Shown here: piece after piece, positions 1-8,157 of the stretch | Position numbering within the stretch: the first letter of the stretch is position 1 | Layout: each line of letters opens with the position of its first letter | Virus record (IMG/VR): IMGVR_UViG_3300043781_000042 | Span: 1 to 31,877 of that record | DNA: 31,877 nt | DNA from: a virus | Taxonomy: Duplodnaviria > Caudoviricetes | Strand: one strand, 5' to 3' | The notes under the pieces: model-generated | Database searches by the model: none | What the model saw: the letters and a program-made list of their open reading frames with translations, nothing else | What the model was told of the DNA's origin: nothing | Translations under genes and position numbers: made by a program

Positions 1-20
1 CTTATGGGGTGCCTCATTTG

Positions 21-308
21 CTATTGATTCATCATATCTTTAGCGATTGCTATTGCTGCTTCCTGATGTGTCGCTGGCGAAGTAACTCGTTTCCATCCCG
101 AATCCAAACCAAGCGCATCGCACCAAACTCTCATAATATGTGGACTAAATAATCCGTCCTCTTTCACTGTAAATCGCTTGGGTAAATAGTAACTTTTATA
201 TTCAAAAACTCTTTCATAACTGGTTTCTTCTGAAAGTTCAATCAAAAAAGCTCCCTCTCCGGAAGATTGCAATCCAGTATAAACATAGTCTCTTTCCATT
301 TTTTCCAT
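21..308 (-). CDS. Hypothetical protein (95 aa)
   Basis: ORF with an AAAGGA RBS upstream, lying downstream of the late activator. No recognisable motif. Confidence 0.65.
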   Translation of the reverse strand: MEKMERDYVYTGLQSSGEGAFLIELSEETSYERVFEYKSYYLPKRFTVKEDGLFSPHIMRVWCDALGLDSGWKRVTSPATHQEAAIAIAKDMMNQ

Positions 309-335
309 CCTTTCTCATATGATAACACTCATCAT

Positions 336-363
336 AACAAACCCCTGCCACTTCGGACAGGGG
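336..363 (-). terminator. Hairpin CCCCTG..CAGGGG followed by TTTGTT on the minus strand
   Basis: Inverted repeat 342-347 / 358-363. Confidence 0.5.
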
Positions 364-397
364 AAAAGGAGGATTGCTAAGATTACTTCACGCTATC

Positions 398-441
398 ATT
401 CTATCTTTTAAAATCGGCGCATTCAAGGCAGCGTTTGTGCA
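398..441 (-). promoter_or_regulatory. Putative late promoter: -10 TAGAAT with no good -35; TGC repeats about 10 bp apart as a possible activator site
   Basis: Minus strand reads tgcacaaacgctgccttgaatgcgcc...gaTAGAAT immediately after the activator stop codon, the usual position for ArpU/RinA-activated late promoters. Confidence 0.45.
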
Positions 442-966
442 TTAGTGGGTAAATACGATCTGCTCCAGATCATCCAGGCTGTCGATCCCGAAGAGAAAGA
501 TTGAAAGCTCTTTGCTTGCGCGACTTTCATCCCGTCTGATCGTTGACTCGTCCACATTGTAGAATTCTGCCAAGTCGACTTTATTTAGCTTATTCTGCGA
601 AAGATACAGCTTATTAAGCACCTCGCTTCGGCGCTGCATAGCTATTCCATTATTTTTGCAGTAGGCATAATAAGAGCCCCAGGTAGCATCAAAATAATCA
701 AGCATCTTTTTCGTCTTTGCTTTATATTTCATCAGCGCTTTAAGATTTAATTCCTCGGGATCAAAAATCACATTTTCATAATTGTCCAAGTCATCAATGA
801 TCTCTTCACAATGTTTTTGGAGCCAGCGATAATTTTTAAGCAGTAGACGGGTATTTCGCAATCGCCAATCTCGCTTTGCCTTATCAGGGGTAATCTTCTT
901 GTGTTCTTTCAACACGGCTTTTGCAATTATTTCCAATTGTTGTTTGGTTAAATTATCATTCACCAC
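442..966 (-). CDS. Late transcriptional activator (ArpU/RinA-like)
   Basis: RLRNTRLLLKNYR N-terminal motif and a C-terminal HTH (LAEFYNVDESTIRRD). Last gene of the early operon before packaging. Confidence 0.8.
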   Translation of the reverse strand: MVNDNLTKQQLEIIAKAVLKEHKKITPDKAKRDWRLRNTRLLLKNYRWLQKHCEEIIDDLDNYENVIFDPEELNLKALMKYKAKTKKMLDYFDATWGSYYAYCKNNGIAMQRRSEVLNKLYLSQNKLNKVDLAEFYNVDESTIRRDESRASKELSIFLFGIDSLDDLEQIVFTH

Positions 967-1108
967 AGTATATTACCCCCGATAATTTAGATTTTTTATT
1001 TAATACCCGTCTATCATTCATCCATAATATGCACATCACCTAAGCCACCCCTTATGCTATAATTGGTTTGACGGAACCATTATGCGCGCGGCTTAGGCTG
1101 TGCGTTTT

Positions 1109-1237
1109 TTATTTTTCTAATCCTCCACCGAGCAGTTTGATCACCTCTTTGATTCGATCTTTTTGGTCTTCAGTCAGATTGACAGACTTGAAAATAAGCT
1201 CGTTCAAAAGCTCGATAGCAATGTCGTTATTGATCAT
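1109..1237 (-). CDS. Small hypothetical protein, 42 aa (MINNDIAIELLNELIFKSVNLTEDQKDRIKEVIKLLGGGLEK); not in the ORF track
   Basis: Strong RBS AGGAGGAA at 1243-1250, ATG at 1237, TAA at 1111-1109. Confidence 0.7.
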   Translation of the reverse strand: MINNDIAIELLNELIFKSVNLTEDQKDRIKEVIKLLGGGLEK

Positions 1238-1283
1238 GGATATTCCTCCTATTTTTCTTTTCTAATAACTATGTTCCTATTTT

Positions 1284-1472
1284 TCATGGTTTAAACTCGT
1301 CTAAACTTATGTTTAACGCGTTTGCAATCTTGCACATTAATTCAAAACTTGGCTTTTTAATCTTCCCTAATTTTAAAGCAGAGATTACAGTATTATTAAT
1401 TCCAGCTTGTCTTGCTAACTCGGATTGATTAATCCCCGCTTCATCCATTATCTTTTTTAGCCTAAACCACAA
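1284..1472 (-). CDS. Xre-family HTH regulator (start uncertain: TTG 1472, TTG 1511 or ATG 1541)
   Basis: LKKIMDEAGINQSELARQAGINNTVISALKLGKIKKPSFELMCKIANALNISLDEF is a typical Xre HTH. Confidence 0.85.
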   Translation of the reverse strand: MWFRLKKIMDEAGINQSELARQAGINNTVISALKLGKIKKPSFELMCKIANALNISLDEFKP

Positions 1473-1514
1473 TATGTTGTGTCTGTTCGCTTTTTGTTCC
1501 CGCAATATATTGCG
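1468..1514. promoter_or_regulatory. Two related 14-bp palindromic operators (CACAATATGTTGTG 1468-1481; CGCAATATATTGCG 1501-1514)
   Basis: Read directly from the sequence. They lie between the Xre gene and a divergent promoter. Confidence 0.65.
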
Positions 1515-1538
1515 CACATCCTTTCGCTTCTGTATAAT
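1510..1538 (+). promoter_or_regulatory. Sigma-A promoter TTGCGC-17-TATAAT
   Basis: -35 at 1510-1515 and -10 at 1533-1538, upstream of the 42-aa plus-strand ORF. Confidence 0.65.
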
Positions 1539-1598
1539 CATATTTGAATAAAACGCATACTAACGCTTTATTCAAATAAACTGAAAGGAGATCATTCC

Positions 1599-1727
1599 AT
1601 GGCAAAAAAATGTAACCCCTCATCAAAAGTCAGTAAAGCAGGCAGAACCCTTTCCACTAGTAAATCCGCTCCTCAGAAAAGCAGTGCAGCTAAAACGCTA
1701 GCTAATCATAAGAACGCAAAACATTAA
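1599..1727 (+). CDS. Small, very basic Lys/Ser/Ala-rich protein, 42 aa (MAKKCNPSSKVSKAGRTLSTSKSAPQKSSAAKTLANHKNAKH); not in the ORF track
   Basis: RBS AAAGGAG at 1584-1590, ATG 1599, TAA 1725-1727, with its own promoter. Confidence 0.75.
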   Translation: MAKKCNPSSKVSKAGRTLSTSKSAPQKSSAAKTLANHKNAKH

Positions 1728-2007
1728 GCAAGTTCGGATTGTCCACTACTAACTGATGGGTAATTGCAGACAACTTGCAGAGTTGTTCATCATGATCGAG
1801 ACCTAATTCATAGATATCGTTGATCGCTTCAAGGATTTCATGAATTAGTGTCTCTTTTTGTTGTTGATCAGTAAGGTCTTTTGCTAATTTAATTTTCTGT
1901 TCGAATGGAGAGTATTCCCCAATTCGAGATTCATTAGCAATTAGTCTGCCGCTAAACGAAACACCGATAATGTATCCGCCTATTTTGATTCTTAGTTCAT
2001 CGCTCAT
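1702..2007 (-). CDS. Zincin-like phage protein (ImmA/IrrE-like fold, HExxE variant motif)
   Basis: IGEYSPFEQKIKL...QQKETLIHEILEAI resembles small HExxH metallopeptidase-like phage proteins. Confidence 0.65.
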   Translation of the reverse strand: MSDELRIKIGGYIIGVSFSGRLIANESRIGEYSPFEQKIKLAKDLTDQQQKETLIHEILEAINDIYELGLDHDEQLCKLSAITHQLVVDNPNLLNVLRSYD

Positions 2008-2058
2008 GGTTATTAATCACCACTTTCAGTCAACTAAATTCGTTACTCTTCCTAGTTT

Positions 2059-2550
2059 CTAAAATGGCAGATCATCATCTGAAATATCGATGGCTGCTGA
2101 ATCCGCACCACTATAGGAATCCTTCTCCTTAGCAAAACTAGGCGTTTCATTTTTGCTTGGGGTTTGCGGGAAGGCGGAATTCTGTTTATCGAAGCTGCCG
2201 CCTTCAGTCTGCTGTCTCTTTTCACTTGCTGCTTTCGATTCGAGCATTTGAAAATTGTCAGCAACGACCTCTGTGACATAGACCCTTTGGCCTTGTTGAT
2301 TCTCATAATTGCGTGTTTGAATACGCCCTACCACACCAATGAGCGAACCTTTTCGGACCATTTTGGCTATTGATTCCGCTGACTTGCGCCAGATCACGCA
2401 ATTGATGAAGTCCGCTTCGCGCTCGCCGTCTTTGCTTTTGAAATTCCGATTGACGGCCAAAGTAAAGCTCGCAACCGCCGTTCCATTCGCGGTATACCGA
2501 AGATCAGGATCCTTCGTTAAGCGTCCTACCAGTACTGTATTATTAATCAA
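2059..2550 (-). CDS. ssb: Single-stranded DNA-binding protein
   Basis: [21 protein letters not shown]-terminus and acidic DISDDDLPF tail. Confidence 0.97.
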   Translation of the reverse strand: MINNTVLVGRLTKDPDLRYTANGTAVASFTLAVNRNFKSKDGEREADFINCVIWRKSAESIAKMVRKGSLIGVVGRIQTRNYENQQGQRVYVTEVVADNFQMLESKAASEKRQQTEGGSFDKQNSAFPQTPSKNETPSFAKEKDSYSGADSAAIDISDDDLPF

Positions 2551-2989
2551 TTTTCCATCGCCCGCTTTCGATTTTCTTGTCTAGCGCTTCTTTGTCATGC
2601 CCAAATGCGAATTCCAGAAAGCCTCTGTGCGTCGGCTTTGCCAAGATGATGGATTTCCCATATCGCTTAGCGAACAGCTTCGCCTTCAGCCGGAAATCTT
2701 TCGTCTGCATTCCTTTCACGTCGACGACTCGAAGCAACTGATCCCCGCGCCAAAAACTAAAATCCGCTTTGTATTTGATTGCTTGATGGGCTTTGCCGAA
2801 TTCGTCTCTGAATCCCTGGACCAATTCAAAAGTTTCCTGCAGCCGCAATTCACAGCTATGTTCCTTGGCTTCTTTTCTGGCCAAGTCGAAATACGCTGCT
2901 TCCGCTTTGGAATCGAATGGGATCCCGCGATAGACGGTTTTCTTATTCCCATACTTGGCCTTCCGCCTATAATTTCGAAGAATCGCCAT
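2543..2989 (-). CDS. DUF1064-family PD-(D/E)XK endonuclease-like protein
   Basis: [45 protein letters not shown] motifs. Confidence 0.85.
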   Translation of the reverse strand: MAILRNYRRKAKYGNKKTVYRGIPFDSKAEAAYFDLARKEAKEHSCELRLQETFELVQGFRDEFGKAHQAIKYKADFSFWRGDQLLRVVDVKGMQTKDFRLKAKLFAKRYGKSIILAKPTHRGFLEFAFGHDKEALDKKIESGRWKID

Positions 2990-2990
2990 C

Positions 2991-3902
2991 TTATCCGCTC
3001 GCTCCCTTCAGCTTTTTCATCGCCTCGTTAAACGTCTCCATGCTCTCATCATCGACCGGCTGATATTCTTTCTTTTGCATCCACTCCGGCACCGTTTCGG
3101 CTTGTTTCACCGTTTTTTGATGTGAATATCCAACCGGATGCTCTTTCTCAAGCTTGATCTTGCCAGTGATCTGATCAAAATTACGACGCAGCCCTTCCGC
3201 AGATTGCACAGTATTTCGCCAGAACGGATCAACTGCGTCTTGGTAGATCCACTTGATCGTATCTTGTACTTGCTTGCCAGGGCGTTCATCTCGTTCAATC
3301 AGCAAGCGGAGCGTATCCGCCCACTTCTGCAAGCTCGGTTTCTTGATCTCGATCCCGTGATCCAAAATATTTTTGTACAAAAATTTTGCTAATTTCATGT
3401 TCGGATCGCTGTCGGGGTACTCGCGTTTTTTGCGAGGAGCCGGCTTAGTACTCTCTTTTATTTCATTTTCTTTTATTTTATTTACTTTACTTTTATTGCC
3501 ATCGTTTTTGTTTGGGGTAGCTATGGGGTGGCTATCATCTTCTTTATTCCACCTTTTAGCAGCGCCTTTTTTTCCGGCTTCAGAAAGCTTTTTTAGTTTC
3601 TCGTCTTTGATCTCCATGCGTTCGCAAAGATTTTCGGAGTAGAAGCACTTACCATCATCGGTAAAGGCAAATAACCCGAAATCCTCTACAACAGACTTTA
3701 CAAGTGAAGCATCTACACGAAGATCATAGGCTAGCATATTGTAATCTCTGATACTCGTATAGTCCTTCTCGTCTCGCAGGCGTTCTAAGATCATATGATA
3801 GACTCCGTAACCTTCAGCGCCGTATTTCATACGCAGCGGCAATATCTCTGCCTTGTTTCTCAAATTGCTATCATGGGGATAATAGCTTTGCAATCCAAGC
3901 AC
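2991..3902 (-). CDS. Replication initiator / replisome organiser (DUF4373 or Lin1244-like N-terminus)
   Basis: YYPHDSNLRN..LRMKYGAEGYGVY N-terminus, AGKKGAAKRW linker, and C-terminal FWRNTVQSAEGLRRNFDQI. Confidence 0.85.
   Translation of the reverse strand: MLGLQSYYPHDSNLRNKAEILPLRMKYGAEGYGVYHMILERLRDEKDYTSIRDYNMLAYDLRVDASLVKSVVEDFGLFAFTDDGKCFYSENLCERMEIKDEKLKKLSEAGKKGAAKRWNKEDDSHPIATPNKNDGNKSKVNKIKENEIKESTKPAPRKKREYPDSDPNMKLAKFLYKNILDHGIEIKKPSLQKWADTLRLLIERDERPGKQVQDTIKWIYQDAVDPFWRNTVQSAEGLRRNFDQITGKIKLEKEHPVGYSHQKTVKQAETVPEWMQKKEYQPVDDESMETFNEAMKKLKGASG
3452..3535. repeat. Putative replication origin within the initiator gene: AT-rich tract plus tandem 11-bp repeat
   Basis: GGGGTAGCTAT / GGGGTGGCTAT at 3514-3535, next to T-rich repeats at 3452-3496. 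Confidence 0.4.
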
Positions 3903-3909
3903 CCCCTCC

Positions 3910-4719
3910 TTATAATTCGTTCATAGATACAAAACTGTCGATTCGTTGATGACCGCGGCAATATTCGCAAGTTCCGCATGGCTCTGGCTCGATCTGACCC
4001 ATCTTAATTTTAAAAATACGATCGATCTCACTTTCCAATCGATCTAACTCCATTTCGATCTTGTATTCGTCTAACGTGATGATCTGTGCTTCAGATGGCG
4101 TCTGTTTGCTTACCGCGACAATCAGCGGAACAAACGGCTTACCATATCGCTTTGCGAGGAGTTGCTGATAAACGCCCATCTGCAGGCAATAGCCGTAACG
4201 CTCGATAAAGGTTGATTGTGGTCCCCAGTAGTCATCCCATTTCTTTTCGTGGATGTCCTTTGTCGTTTTCAGATCGACAAAATAGCCGTTCTCGACATTC
4301 AAACAGTCGATCTTTCCTTTCCATTCGACACCGTACAATTCGCCGGTGACGATCACTTCTTTTTCGCCTTGGTACAAATTCATGAAAGCCGGCTCTTGCT
4401 CGAGCCGGGCGATCATCTGTTCAGCGATTTGGAATTCTTTCAGCAGGCCATGCGGTTTGCGCGAAGAGTACATATATTCCTTATTTTCTTCGATAAATTT
4501 TTCGTGAACTTCCGGTGTTTCAAAATATGAATGAACGAAATTCCCAACAAGGAGCGGCTTATTATCGCGATCAGGTTCCCAATCACCTTTGAGTTTTGCA
4601 AGCGCCGCTGCTGGGCACTTTAAAAAATCTTTGAATTGGCTGACTGACATATATTGCCAGTCAGCTTCGTTCGAGTAATAGTTATCGTCAGAAAGGAAAA
4701 TCGATTTCGTCGTATCCAT
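3910..4719 (-). CDS. PD-(D/E)XK exonuclease (DUF3799, RecE-like)
   Basis: YMSVSQFKDF, LLVGNFVHSYFE, WKGKIDCL..VDLKTT and C-terminal CGTCEYC. Adjacent to recT. Confidence 0.88.
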   Translation of the reverse strand: MDTTKSIFLSDDNYYSNEADWQYMSVSQFKDFLKCPAAALAKLKGDWEPDRDNKPLLVGNFVHSYFETPEVHEKFIEENKEYMYSSRKPHGLLKEFQIAEQMIARLEQEPAFMNLYQGEKEVIVTGELYGVEWKGKIDCLNVENGYFVDLKTTKDIHEKKWDDYWGPQSTFIERYGYCLQMGVYQQLLAKRYGKPFVPLIVAVSKQTPSEAQIITLDEYKIEMELDRLESEIDRIFKIKMGQIEPEPCGTCEYCRGHQRIDSFVSMNEL

Positions 4720-5767
4720 CGTTCGGCACGTCCTTTCCTGTGCTGACCGTTTCCGCTACTTGATTCGGGTCGGGATATCGAAGTGATAGGCTCTCTTGTT
4801 CGATTTCGGTATCGATCGGGTCTTTTTCTTTTACTGGCGCCTTTTTCACAGCATTCTTTTTCGGAGCCTCTTTTTTGACAGCCTTCTTTACAACTAGTTT
4901 TTCGGTCTCTTTCTTCGGTTCCGGTTCTTTCATAGCTTCTGCTGTTTTTCGTTGTGGTTTCGCGGCAGGTTCGACTTTCGTAATAGCGGAAGCAACGAAT
5001 TTCTCTTCAAGCGCTTTAATCTTCTCGGGTTCAGGAGCTGATTCCGTCACGTCTTTCCGGTATTCGTATTCGTCTTGCGACGTCTGGCTGATCGAATCTG
5101 CAAGCAGATCGTCACTGCTCGTATTAATGACCTGCTTCGCTGCACGATTGATCACGGTCCGTTTTGCCATTTCTTGCGGAAATTCCCGCTGAACGTTCCC
5201 GCTGTTTTTTCGCTTGCTCCAAGAAGAATCAATCTCTTTTTTTGTCATGATCGTATAGACATATTCGCCATCTTCTTTTTCGACAACAGCGTAAGCTCCG
5301 ATGATCGGCTTATCTAAGTTTTCAAACTTCGGCTCAAATTTTGTAACGATCGTCCGGCCGCGTTCGCTGCCGATCTCAAAAGGATCGCCCTCATGAATTA
5401 CCTCTGCCCAGATGTCTTTGACTTCCGGCAGGCGTTTTGCAACGGTTTGTGTTCCAAAGTAAGACCGCATAAGCGTTAGCTCGTTTCCGTATACTAAGAA
5501 ATAGCATTGTGTTTTCGCCGCATTAAGCCCTTGTGTCACCATGTTAAATAATGCGTTGGCGATTGATTTTCTTGTAGCGACTTCGAGCGCTGGTCTGCCG
5601 TTTTTGTCTTTTGCTTTTTCTAGGGCAAACCAAGCGGATTTTAAAGCGTTTGAATAGTTATAACCCGCGGGGATCGTAAATCCTTGTTCATCTTGTAATT
5701 TCGTCACTCGTCTTTCTACGTCATCAGTGATATCTCTTTGGTCTATCTCTTCTTTGGTATTTGTCAT
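4688..5767 (-). CDS. recT: RecT-family single-strand annealing protein
   Basis: SIANALFNMVTQGLNAAKTQCYFLVYG, MRSYFG and EMAKRTVINRAAK motifs. Confidence 0.92.
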   Translation of the reverse strand: MTNTKEEIDQRDITDDVERRVTKLQDEQGFTIPAGYNYSNALKSAWFALEKAKDKNGRPALEVATRKSIANALFNMVTQGLNAAKTQCYFLVYGNELTLMRSYFGTQTVAKRLPEVKDIWAEVIHEGDPFEIGSERGRTIVTKFEPKFENLDKPIIGAYAVVEKEDGEYVYTIMTKKEIDSSWSKRKNSGNVQREFPQEMAKRTVINRAAKQVINTSSDDLLADSISQTSQDEYEYRKDVTESAPEPEKIKALEEKFVASAITKVEPAAKPQRKTAEAMKEPEPKKETEKLVVKKAVKKEAPKKNAVKKAPVKEKDPIDTEIEQESLSLRYPDPNQVAETVSTGKDVPNDGYDEIDFPF

Positions 5768-5779
5768 TGTTGTTTCCTC

Positions 5780-5983
5780 CTATGCTTCCGTAGCGGGTCC
5801 AAACTCGGACTCGATATAATTTTCTAGGTCTTCCTTCAAAACGACGTCAGAGCCGATCGTATAGATCAAATCGCCTTCAAATACATCGTTTCCCCGCCAG
5901 TCCACCATGATCGGTTGTTCTTCCTCAGGAAGTCTCATCTTCCAGTTATCAAACTTCTCTCCTGGAAAAGTTGCGAATTTCAT
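5780..5983 (-). CDS. Small acidic phage protein (67 aa)
   Basis: GGAGG RBS before ATG 5983. DWRGNDVFEGDLIY resembles conserved early phage proteins. Confidence 0.7.
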   Translation of the reverse strand: MKFATFPGEKFDNWKMRLPEEEQPIMVDWRGNDVFEGDLIYTIGSDVVLKEDLENYIESEFGPATEA

Positions 5984-5984
5984 T

Positions 5985-6071
5985 TTGATTCCTCCGTTTC
6001 GCATGATATAATTGACTTGAAAATAAATTTCTTCACCGACTGACTTTGCCCAACAAGGTCAGTCTTTTTTT
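5985..6071 (+). ncRNA. Candidate small antisense RNA: promoter TTGATT-16-TATAAT with extended -10 TG, then intrinsic terminator
   Basis: -10 at 6007-6012. Stem GACTGACTTT/AAGGTCAGTC plus T7 at 6038-6071. No ORF in between. Confidence 0.5.
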
Positions 6072-6238
6072 GCGTCATATTTTTCTTCTCTCCGTTCTAC
6101 TTCTCGTTCATCCCAGGCAAAGAGGCAAGCAATGGACACGATGGCTAAAACGATAAGGCACCAAGTACGTCCCAAACTGGAAAGCATACATCCCACAAAA
6201 AATACGGCGAATAGCTGTAGATATTTGGATTCATTCAT
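6059..6238 (-). CDS. Small membrane protein, 59 aa, with one or two hydrophobic segments and a charged tail; not in the ORF track
   Basis: MNESKYLQLFAVFFVGCMLSSLGRTWCLIVLAIVSIACLFAWDEREVERREEKYDAKKD. ATGA overlap with the upstream gene, GAGG RBS. Confidence 0.75.
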   Translation of the reverse strand: MNESKYLQLFAVFFVGCMLSSLGRTWCLIVLAIVSIACLFAWDEREVERREEKYDAKKD

Positions 6239-6519
6239 GCTTTTACCTCTCTCATAGACATCACTTTGTTATCGAGCTTTTTTGAACAATCTTCACTTCC
6301 GAATTCTTGTAAATCAATTTGCTCCTCAGTGATCATATCCATGCAGCGTTCAATTTCTTTTATAGTGATTGTATATGCAGGAAGTTTCATTGCTCGGAGA
6401 TAGCCTGCTTTGATCAAATTGCGAACCACTTTTTCGCTAGTCGACATCAATTTAGCGGCGTCCAATACTTTGAGAGCTTTTGGTTCCATTTGAATGACAA
6501 TTTTAGACTGTTCAACCAT
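6235..6519 (-). CDS. Excisionase-like (HTH_17) DNA-binding protein
   Basis: ALKVLDAAKLMSTSEKVVRNLIKAGYLRAMKL. Start at 6519 preferred from RBS AGGGTGA. Confidence 0.7.
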   Translation of the reverse strand: MVEQSKIVIQMEPKALKVLDAAKLMSTSEKVVRNLIKAGYLRAMKLPAYTITIKEIERCMDMITEEQIDLQEFGSEDCSKKLDNKVMSMREVKA

Positions 6520-6524
6520 ATTGA

Positions 6525-7055
6525 TCACCCTTTCATATATTTTTTCTTGATCCAATGAGGCATGCGCTTGGCAAATGCTTCGGTGATCGTCATCCCTAAA
6601 ATCTTCAAGATCGAGAAGACAATTGAGAGTTCAACGACAATCTCATCCAAAAACTGCATCACATATTCTTCCAAGTCGCCACGGTCGTCTTCTGTTAACG
6701 GCTCCAGTTTTGACTTAATAATTAGCTTTTTAGCTTGTTTCCGGCGCTCTTCTCTCTCTTCCGTTTCTTGTTCTTGTAAAAAATCTAATTCTGTCGGAGT
6801 TAGCATTTCAGAAACCTTGCCGTCTAAGGCCTTAATCGTCCCGAAATATCGATAGGACATCTGGCTTCCAAAAAGGTCATCACCTTTCGCTTTATTGATT
6901 TCCGCAGCTTTTTGTACTGGCACTTCTTGCGCTCCGTTTGCGTATCCGTTTAGCGTAGAAAGCGGCATGCTGCTATCGCTGGCTACTTCTTTCTGCGAAT
7001 AATTTCGTCGTATCATGAGACTATCTAATTCACTCTTGATCCCACATTTAATCAT
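6525..7055 (-). CDS. Phage regulator with N-terminal Xre HTH
   Basis: YSQKEVASDSSMPLSTLNGYANG HTH. RBS AAGGAGGGG. Confidence 0.75.
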   Translation of the reverse strand: MIKCGIKSELDSLMIRRNYSQKEVASDSSMPLSTLNGYANGAQEVPVQKAAEINKAKGDDLFGSQMSYRYFGTIKALDGKVSEMLTPTELDFLQEQETEEREERRKQAKKLIIKSKLEPLTEDDRGDLEEYVMQFLDEIVVELSIVFSILKILGMTITEAFAKRMPHWIKKKYMKG

Positions 7056-7242
7056 TTGTTTCCCCTCCTTAATTTTTTATAAAAAATTTTGATTGTTTTA
7101 CTGATAAAAACGAATTTTGAAAATCAAAATCACTCGTTATAAAGCGTATTTCGTTAATTTTCAAAGCGATATATCAAAAGTCTAGATTCATAAATAGTAT
7201 TCATTTAAAACGATGCGTATTGCCGTAAAATAGAATTAGGAA

Positions 7243-7398
7243 CTAATTGAATATTGCATCCTGCGCATGCTGACACATCCATATTTTGACTAAATTGATT
7301 TGCAAAGCTAGTTCTTCGTCTGACCAGCTATCCCAAAAAGATTTTGGAATATCGCATCTTGCTTCGCTCAGGATTTCGATCATGGTTTTTCTGCTCAT
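7243..7398 (-). CDS. Small hypothetical protein, 51 aa (MSRKTMIEILSEARCDIPKSFWDSWSDEELALQ...); not in the ORF track
   Basis: AAGGAGG RBS and ATGA overlap with the cro stop codon. Confidence 0.7.
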   Translation of the reverse strand: MSRKTMIEILSEARCDIPKSFWDSWSDEELALQINLVKIWMCQHAQDAIFN

Positions 7399-7640
7399 TT
7401 CGTCGCCTCCTTTTTATGTGTCGAAACGTTACTTTTAATTTTAAAAAAAATAGTCCAATCAAACGCAAGTGCTTTTGCAATAGCTTGTGCCACTTCCGGG
7501 GATGGGCGGCGAGTACCGCTTTCGATAGCGGTGTAGTACGCACGCGATATTCCAACTTGTTCTGCCACTTGTGCATGCGTCATGTTCTTCTTTTCTCTAA
7601 GTTTTGTCAGCCATTTTCTTTCACTAGTCGAATACTTCAT
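7395..7640 (-). CDS. Cro-like repressor (Xre HTH)
   Basis: THAQVAEQVGISRAYYTAIESGTRRPS. Divergent from the CI-like gene. Confidence 0.9.
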   Translation of the reverse strand: MKYSTSERKWLTKLREKKNMTHAQVAEQVGISRAYYTAIESGTRRPSPEVAQAIAKALAFDWTIFFKIKSNVSTHKKEATK

Positions 7641-7657
7641 ATTTGTCCTCCTTTAGC

Positions 7658-7766
7658 GTGTCGATATGTTACATACTTATTATACGTATCGATATGACAC
7701 TTGTCAAGTGTATATGTAGCTAAAAGATACATTATTTTTTTATTTTTTTGTGTATCTATATGATAC
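7658..7766. promoter_or_regulatory. Genetic switch with four 15-bp operators, consensus GTRTC-N5-GATAC (7658-7672, 7686-7700, 7716-7730, 7752-7766)
   Basis: Imperfect palindromes read directly. A fifth copy lies at 7418-7432. Confidence 0.75.
7679..7707 (-). promoter_or_regulatory. Early lytic promoter, perfect TTGACA-17-TATAAT
   Basis: Plus strand tgtcaa 7702-7707 and attata 7679-7684. An operator occupies the spacer. Confidence 0.88.
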
Positions 7767-7792
7767 TATATCAATAGAAAGAAGGTGCCAGT

Positions 7793-8149
7793 TTGTTTCC
7801 CGAAAGAATAAAAGAATTAAGATTAAAAAAACGATATACACAGAAACAAATTGCTGATAAGATCGGGATCACTCGTCCAGCATATACCGCTTACGAAAGC
7901 GGGAAACGGCAGCCCGATTTCGAAACATTGACAAAGTTATCAAAAATATTTGGAGTTACGACTGACTATCTTCTTGGACGCTCAAACATTCCTACGCCAG
8001 ATAAAAGCATTAAGAACAATATGAATGATGCTGATCTAGACAAAATGCTCGACGAAGCCATGAGCTTCGATGGCAAGCCTATGAACGACCATGATCGCGA
8101 ACTAATTCGCGCCTATCTAAAAGGGCAGTTTGCAAATCGCGATAAGTGA
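7793..8149 (+). CDS. CI/ImmR-like repressor (Xre HTH, no S24 autoprotease domain)
   Basis: YTQKQIADKIGITRPAYTAYESGKRQPD and C-terminal MSFDGKPMNDHDRELI. Confidence 0.92.
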   Translation: MFPERIKELRLKKRYTQKQIADKIGITRPAYTAYESGKRQPDFETLTKLSKIFGVTTDYLLGRSNIPTPDKSIKNNMNDADLDKMLDEAMSFDGKPMNDHDRELIRAYLKGQFANRDK

Positions 8150-8157
8150 GGTGCCCT

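Noticed and set aside
1068-1265. Plus-strand 65-aa ORF from the track
   Set aside because: No RBS. It is the shadow of the minus-strand 42-aa ORF, which has a strong RBS.
7056-7242. AT-rich intergenic region with weak inverted repeats and a possible TAAAAT -10
   Set aside because: No convincing promoter pair or stable structure. Could be chance in AT-rich DNA.
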